This document shows positions 59,776 through 64,000 of a stretch of 64,000 nt of DNA, in pieces (position 1 is the first letter of the stretch; each line of letters starts with the position of its first letter). Both the position numbers and the translations under genes were made by a program. The DNA is from Chloroflexota bacterium (GTDB taxonomy: Bacteria > Chloroflexota > Anaerolineae > UBA2200 > JACIWT01), in contig JACIWT010000005.1 of assembly GCA_014360825.1 (NCBI GenBank), positions 16,248 to 80,247 on the forward strand, given 5' to 3'. The notes beneath the pieces were generated by a model. The model saw only the letters and a list, made by a program, of their open reading frames with translations. It had not been told where the DNA came from and searched no databases.

Positions 59776-60957
59776 ATGTATGTGGACCGACGGATGCTCG
59801 AAGAGGAAGAAGAGCGGCGGTTAGCACCCTACGCGGTGAAGAGCAGGGAATCGCGGGGGCGGGAGTACCCCGAAAGCGAACACGATTACCGCACCGCTTT
59901 TCAACGCGACCGCGACCGCATCATTCATACCACCGCTTTCCGACGTCTGCGCAACAAAACCCAGGTGTTCATCCCGCTCCTGGCAATGGGTGATCCCATC
60001 CACTACGAAGGGGACTACTACCGCACTCGTCTCAGCCATACTTTGGAGGCAGCCCAGATCGGGCGCACCATGGCCCGGGCACTGGGGCTCAACGAGGACT
60101 TGGTGGAGACCATTGCCCTGGCCCACGACTTGGGCCACACCCCCTTCGGACACGCTGGTGAGGTGGCGCTTAATGAACTGATGGCAGATCAGGGCGGCTT
60201 CAACCACAATATGCAGAGCCTGCGCATCGTTACGGTGCTGGAGGAACGCTATCCGGATTTCCCTGGCCTGAACCTCACTTGGGAAGTGCGCGAGGGCATT
60301 GTCAAACACGTCACTGAGTACGACACGACCGACGCGGCTGGCTATGAGCCGGAACTTCACCCCACGCTGGAGGCGCAGTTGGTCAGCCTGGCCGATGAGA
60401 TCGCCTATAATACGCACGACTTGGACGATGGCCTGCGCTCTGGACTGATCACCCCGCAGCAACTGATGGGACTGTCTCTCTGGGAACGGGCGGTGCGAGC
60501 AACGGAAATTGATATGACCCACGGGCTCTCCGAGTTCGACCGCCGGCGCGTAGTCCGCTACCTGGTGAACGCAGAGGTAACCGACGTGATCCAAGCCACT
60601 GCGGCGCGATTAGACGCGCGGGGGATCCGATCGGTGGAAGATGTCCGGACCGCAGAGGCGATGCTGGCCGGGCATTCTGATGAGATGACCGCGGAGAACC
60701 GCGAACTGAAGGATTTCCTATTGCGGAATCTCTACCGCCACTACCGGGTGATGCGAATGCAGGTGAAGGGGCAGCGCATTGTAACCGACTTGTTCCGCGC
60801 CTATCAGAGGGAGCCGACGCAATTGCCGCCGGGCATCCAGGCGCGCCTCGGTACGGCGTCACTGGAGCAGGTCATCTGCGATTACATCGCCGGGATGACC
60901 GACCGCTTCGCTGTCGAGGAGTATCGCAGCCTGTTCGAGGCCGGCGCCCGGGCGTGA
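59776..60957 (+). CDS. dgt: Deoxyguanosinetriphosphate triphosphohydrolase
   Basis: FQRDRDRIIH..FRRL..KTQV, RTRLSH, HDLGHTPFGHAGE, DYIAGMTD. Confidence 0.95.
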   Translation: MYVDRRMLEEEEERRLAPYAVKSRESRGREYPESEHDYRTAFQRDRDRIIHTTAFRRLRNKTQVFIPLLAMGDPIHYEGDYYRTRLSHTLEAAQIGRTMARALGLNEDLVETIALAHDLGHTPFGHAGEVALNELMADQGGFNHNMQSLRIVTVLEERYPDFPGLNLTWEVREGIVKHVTEYDTTDAAGYEPELHPTLEAQLVSLADEIAYNTHDLDDGLRSGLITPQQLMGLSLWERAVRATEIDMTHGLSEFDRRRVVRYLVNAEVTDVIQATAARLDARGIRSVEDVRTAEAMLAGHSDEMTAENRELKDFLLRNLYRHYRVMRMQVKGQRIVTDLFRAYQREPTQLPPGIQARLGTASLEQVICDYIAGMTDRFAVEEYRSLFEAGARA

Positions 60958-60991
60958 AGTAGTGGGAGACTTTAAGATAAATAAGGGAAAC

Positions 60992-61312
60992 TTATTTTGA
61001 AAACCAGCCCTCCCTTTGCATCACCTCTGCCACAATCCTGTTGCTTGGGCTATCTCCTCTGGCTACGAAAACACCCACATTCTGTCCGACCGCTTCGGCT
61101 AACTCCGCAATATCCTTGTGTGTAAATCCCGGGCAAAGGAGAATGGCGTGAACCCCTTCTTCTTTGACAAGATTTTGGCACACTTCGACCGCTTGAGCCT
61201 GATTTTGAACTACCCTCACAAAGAGTTTGTACTTGGGAGTCTCAATAAGGCCCTTGTGTTTCTCCGGCTCTGCGTCAGGAGCATGGGCAAGGAAGACCAC
61301 TTTGAATGCCGT
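60992..61312 (-). CDS. DUF6506-like small protein, apparent ACG start
   Basis: AFKVVFLAHAPDA..AILLCPGF..VARGD; AAGGAGGTGA RBS followed by ACG at 61312. Confidence 0.65.
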   Translation of the reverse strand, partial: TAFKVVFLAHAPDAEPEKHKGLIETPKYKLFVRVVQNQAQAVEVCQNLVKEEGVHAILLCPGFTHKDIAELAEAVGQNVGVFVARGDSPSNRIVAEVMQREGWFSK

Positions 61313-61478
61313 ATTGATCACCTCCTTGTGACAAAATTCGGCCTTGCTCGTGGGCTGCTCTGAGCAGAACTGAATTGCTTGCCCGCGAGAGGCCGATTTT
61401 CGCATGTGCAACCGCCAATACCAGGGAGTCGCGTGTGTGGCATTATCGGTGGGCGCGTGTTTGGCAGGGCTCAATTCG

Positions 61479-61724
61479 TTACGCCTTGACTGCTCGCTTC
61501 TTACCCTCTGGAATCTTGGTCAACTGAAGTACCAGACGCAACGCTTCATTCACTGCTTGTTCGGTCGGAAACGCTTTTGCCACATCGGGGTCTAGTAACA
61601 CTAGATTCGTGCCAGCGTGATATCGCTCCGCGTATTTTCCTCGGACAGCACCTTTGAGTAGTTCTCGCAAATCATATTCCGAACGAAGTTCATCATCCAT
61701 TTCACTTTGAAGTTTCTTGTTCAT
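61479..61724 (-). CDS. BrnA-like antitoxin
   Basis: DDELRSEYD..RGKYA..VLLDPDVA..VNEALR; overlaps BrnT. Confidence 0.85.
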   Translation of the reverse strand: MNKKLQSEMDDELRSEYDLRELLKGAVRGKYAERYHAGTNLVLLDPDVAKAFPTEQAVNEALRLVLQLTKIPEGKKRAVKA

Positions 61725-61983
61725 AGGCTTTCCTTTCGGCGCGTGTTAATTCACGCGCACTGATAATTCTAATGCGATCGCCGCGCTCTGCAAAAGCCAC
61801 TATTAAAAGTCGAAAGCGATACGACATACCAACAATGATGTATCGGTCTTCTTCGTCTGAATGGTCGGGATCAGAGACAGTCGCACTGAGCGGATCACCG
61901 AACACCGTCGCTGCCTCAGCGAAGGAAACCTTATGCTTGCGTAGGTTCTTTGCTGCTTTCTGTGGGTCCCATTCAAATTCCAT
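61702..61983 (-). CDS. BrnT-family (DUF497) toxin
   Basis: FEWDPQKAAKNLRKHKVSF.EA..F.DP, DHS..EDRY, IRIISAR. Confidence 0.93.
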   Translation of the reverse strand: MEFEWDPQKAAKNLRKHKVSFAEAATVFGDPLSATVSDPDHSDEEDRYIIVGMSYRFRLLIVAFAERGDRIRIISARELTRAERKAYEQETSK

Positions 61984-62091
61984 ACGTGGTCAACCAGTGA
62001 TTCCCGAACTGTAGTGGAATGTCGCCTAACACTGGAACCTTGCGCCGTGCGAGGCATAGGCACAAAGCATGTGTATAGAGGCGCATCGCGT

Positions 62092-62215
62092 ATTAATTCT
62101 TCTCAAAGTTCCTGAACCTGTGCCTCCCTGCTTCAACAACGACGAAGGCTCGCATCAGTTCGACTTCAGAATGTTCCTCCAGAACGTTTAGCAGTTGTTC
62201 ATCAGTGATCGCTTG
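62092..62215 (-). pseudogene. 3' remnant of a possible PIN-like (DUF5615-type) gene
   Basis: Minus strand ITDEQLLNVLEEHSEVELMRAFVVVEAGRHRFRNFEKN*, no start; lies between attC remnants. Confidence 0.35.
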
Positions 62216-62322
62216 CGCGCCAGCGCTCCAGTTGTCACATGTAGATTTCGGCAAACGCTGGAGCCTTGCGCCGAGCGTTAAGCATGGCCATAAGACATGT
62301 GTTTACGGTGGCACACTCTTCC

Positions 62323-62637
62323 TCAGGATTTTTTGCCTTGAGCCGCACGTTGCTCCAGCCATTGCTTTAGCGAACGCTGGCTCTCTCCCGACGGTTTTCC
62401 TAAAAGTAGATTTTCTACACTTATATCTTCGTCAAGATCAGGCCAATGAATGCCCTCTCCATCGCCAATCAGGCGCCAGTTATTGCGTTCCCTTGGTGTG
62501 CCATGTAAAAGTCGAGGATACCATGCCAAAGGCACTGAAACTGCGCGCCCGTCACTAAGGTCAACCATCAGAGCGTCTTCGGTCACAGTAACATGTCGCG
62601 CGGTGGCCAACCGTATTTCAATCGCTGAAGAATTCAT
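62323..62637 (-). CDS. DUF2442-family putative antitoxin
   Basis: LSDGR..VPLAWYPRL..T..ER, GIHWPDLDEDISV. Confidence 0.9.
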   Translation of the reverse strand: MNSSAIEIRLATARHVTVTEDALMVDLSDGRAVSVPLAWYPRLLHGTPRERNNWRLIGDGEGIHWPDLDEDISVENLLLGKPSGESQRSLKQWLEQRAAQGKKS

Positions 62638-62854
62638 CCCATCTCCCCAAGAAATATTCTCTATTTTCCTCTACAAGCCTTTGTATCTGGTTGATCTCAC
62701 TTTGGCTAAACCCTTTGCTATACTGAAGTCTAACGGGGTCAAGCCAAAATTTACCTTTGTTCCTTTCGCGCTCAACGTGGATGTGAGGCGGTTCATCTCG
62801 GTCGCCAGAATAAAAGAAGAATCGGTAAGGGCCAGAAATCAAGACAGTTGGCAT
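62618..62854 (-). CDS. DUF4160-family putative toxin
   Basis: MPTV..GPYRFFFYS..EPPHIHV..KFWL. Confidence 0.9.
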   Translation of the reverse strand: MPTVLISGPYRFFFYSGDRDEPPHIHVERERNKGKFWLDPVRLQYSKGFSQSEINQIQRLVEENREYFLGRWDEFFSD

Positions 62855-63110
62855 GTTTCTCCGTTATTGTGCGGGGCGGCACATTTTCGTTGCGCTTCCC
62901 GCAACAATTGCGTCAGGAATCCAACTGGGAAGAGATTCTCCCGCGACCCGATATTCCTGGCTATAGCGGGTATCTACCCCGCCCCCAAGTAGATGGGTGG
63001 CTAAAGAGTTAACATAAAGTGTAGGAGGACGCCGACCCAGAAATAGTGACCCTTTCCCCCGGCGGCGGGATATTTCGGCTCCTCGTGGTCCCGAATTATC
63101 ACGTTGGGCG

Positions 63111-63998
63111 CTATGACTCCGCGCCTTCCTCTGCCCTGGTCACGGTGAGTTGCAGTTGGAGGCGATCGAAGACGCTGTTGGGCTCAGGGGTGCCCGTCCT
63201 GTATTCCATGTCGAGCACTTCTGCCTCCAGGCGCAGGGCCGGCGCTTCCAGGACGATGACCTTCCCCTTGCTCACGGGCACCATCTCGCCCCTGGTCCCC
63301 AGGCGAGCGCGGATGTTCTCATCGCGAAAGGCGTATTCGCTCACCAGGAACTTCTGCAGGGTGGTGCTCTCCTCGGGCTTTCTGCCGTGCTTGTCGAACA
63401 GGAGCATTTTGAATGCGGTCACATTGCGCGGGGTGCCCGTGCCGATGGTCTCGGCGATGGCAATGCCGCAGTCGCCCAGGAATTCGCCGTTCCACTCGAT
63501 GTCGAAGGAGTCATCGTAGTTGTCGTCACCGTACCGATAGAAGGCGACAAAGGTGCCGAGAGCCTCCCTTGCTCGAACGGGCATCTCCGCCCCCAGCGGC
63601 TCCAGTTCCTCTGCTTCCTCGATTTCCTCCATGGGCCGAACCGCGCGCATCCGTGTTCGACGCTCGCCTTCCCGTCGCTGCAGGATGGTGAACAGGATGG
63701 CCAGCCCCAACAGAATGAGGACCACCATCACCAATATACCCAGTGTCCTCCCCAGGCTGCCGGGTACTGGCCCCCCAGGTGTCGCCGTCGGTTGAGGTGC
63801 TGAGACCGCTGTTAGATTGAGGGCCCCGGACAATTTCTGAACTCGCGCCCCGGCCGCCGCGTTTCCGGCTACCAGATGGGCCTGCGCGAGTTGGTTCAGC
63901 AGCGCCAAAATCTCAGCATCGGTGCCCGTTGGACCCTTCAAGTCTGCGATGCGAGCCCGGGCGGCATCCAGGTCACCTGTTATATCGTACGAGTCTGC
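63111..63998 (-). CDS. Hypothetical single-pass membrane protein, 5' end outside window
   Basis: Open frame to the window edge; TM segment; C-terminal YDDSFDIE..FLGDCGI..LFDK domain. Confidence 0.7.
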   Translation of the reverse strand, partial: ADSYDITGDLDAARARIADLKGPTGTDAEILALLNQLAQAHLVAGNAAAGARVQKLSGALNLTAVSAPQPTATPGGPVPGSLGRTLGILVMVVLILLGLAILFTILQRREGERRTRMRAVRPMEEIEEAEELEPLGAEMPVRAREALGTFVAFYRYGDDNYDDSFDIEWNGEFLGDCGIAIAETIGTGTPRNVTAFKMLLFDKHGRKPEESTTLQKFLVSEYAFRDENIRARLGTRGEMVPVSKGKVIVLEAPALRLEAEVLDMEYRTGTPEPNSVFDRLQLQLTVTRAEEGAES

Positions 63999-64000
63999 TA

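Noticed and set aside
62860-63110. Several short hairpins upstream of the DUF4160 gene as a structured RNA
   Set aside because: No recognisable family, promoter-terminator pair or attC core could be supported

Overview
Bacterial chromosomal window of moderately high GC. The gene repertoire (PT-linker secreted proteins with 'FLPII' motifs, GT-C-like membrane protein) suggests Chloroflexota/Anaerolineae, which is an inference. Housekeeping genes include the truA end, rplM, rpsI, tlyA, lhr, proS, dinB, dgt and a tRNA-Arg(UCG). Functional blocks are an oxidative-stress/ferritin cluster, a CbiMNQO ECF transporter and a large Lac-family (cellobiose/chitobiose) PTS operon. Accessory DNA comprises three parts. 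(i) A decayed integron at about 20.1-23.4 kb (intI pseudogene, Pc, attI, attC sites) carrying a lipoprotein cassette, a two-gene cassette (TBP-like+HEPN protein plus RNase HI) and a TA pair. (ii) An AT-rich insert inside the PTS operon, encoding a beta-class amino DNA methyltransferase and an HhH-GPD/[4Fe-4S] glycosylase-like protein. (iii) A second TA cluster with attC remnants at about 61.4-62.9 kb. A 1442-aa protein fusing an ABC ATPase, two Opp-type permeases and a degenerate M28 peptidase lies in a MacAB-like operon. The best candidates for undescribed systems are the HEPN+RNase H cassette, the MTase+glycosylase pair and the ABC/M28 fusion. All family assignments are by motif recognition, with no database searches.
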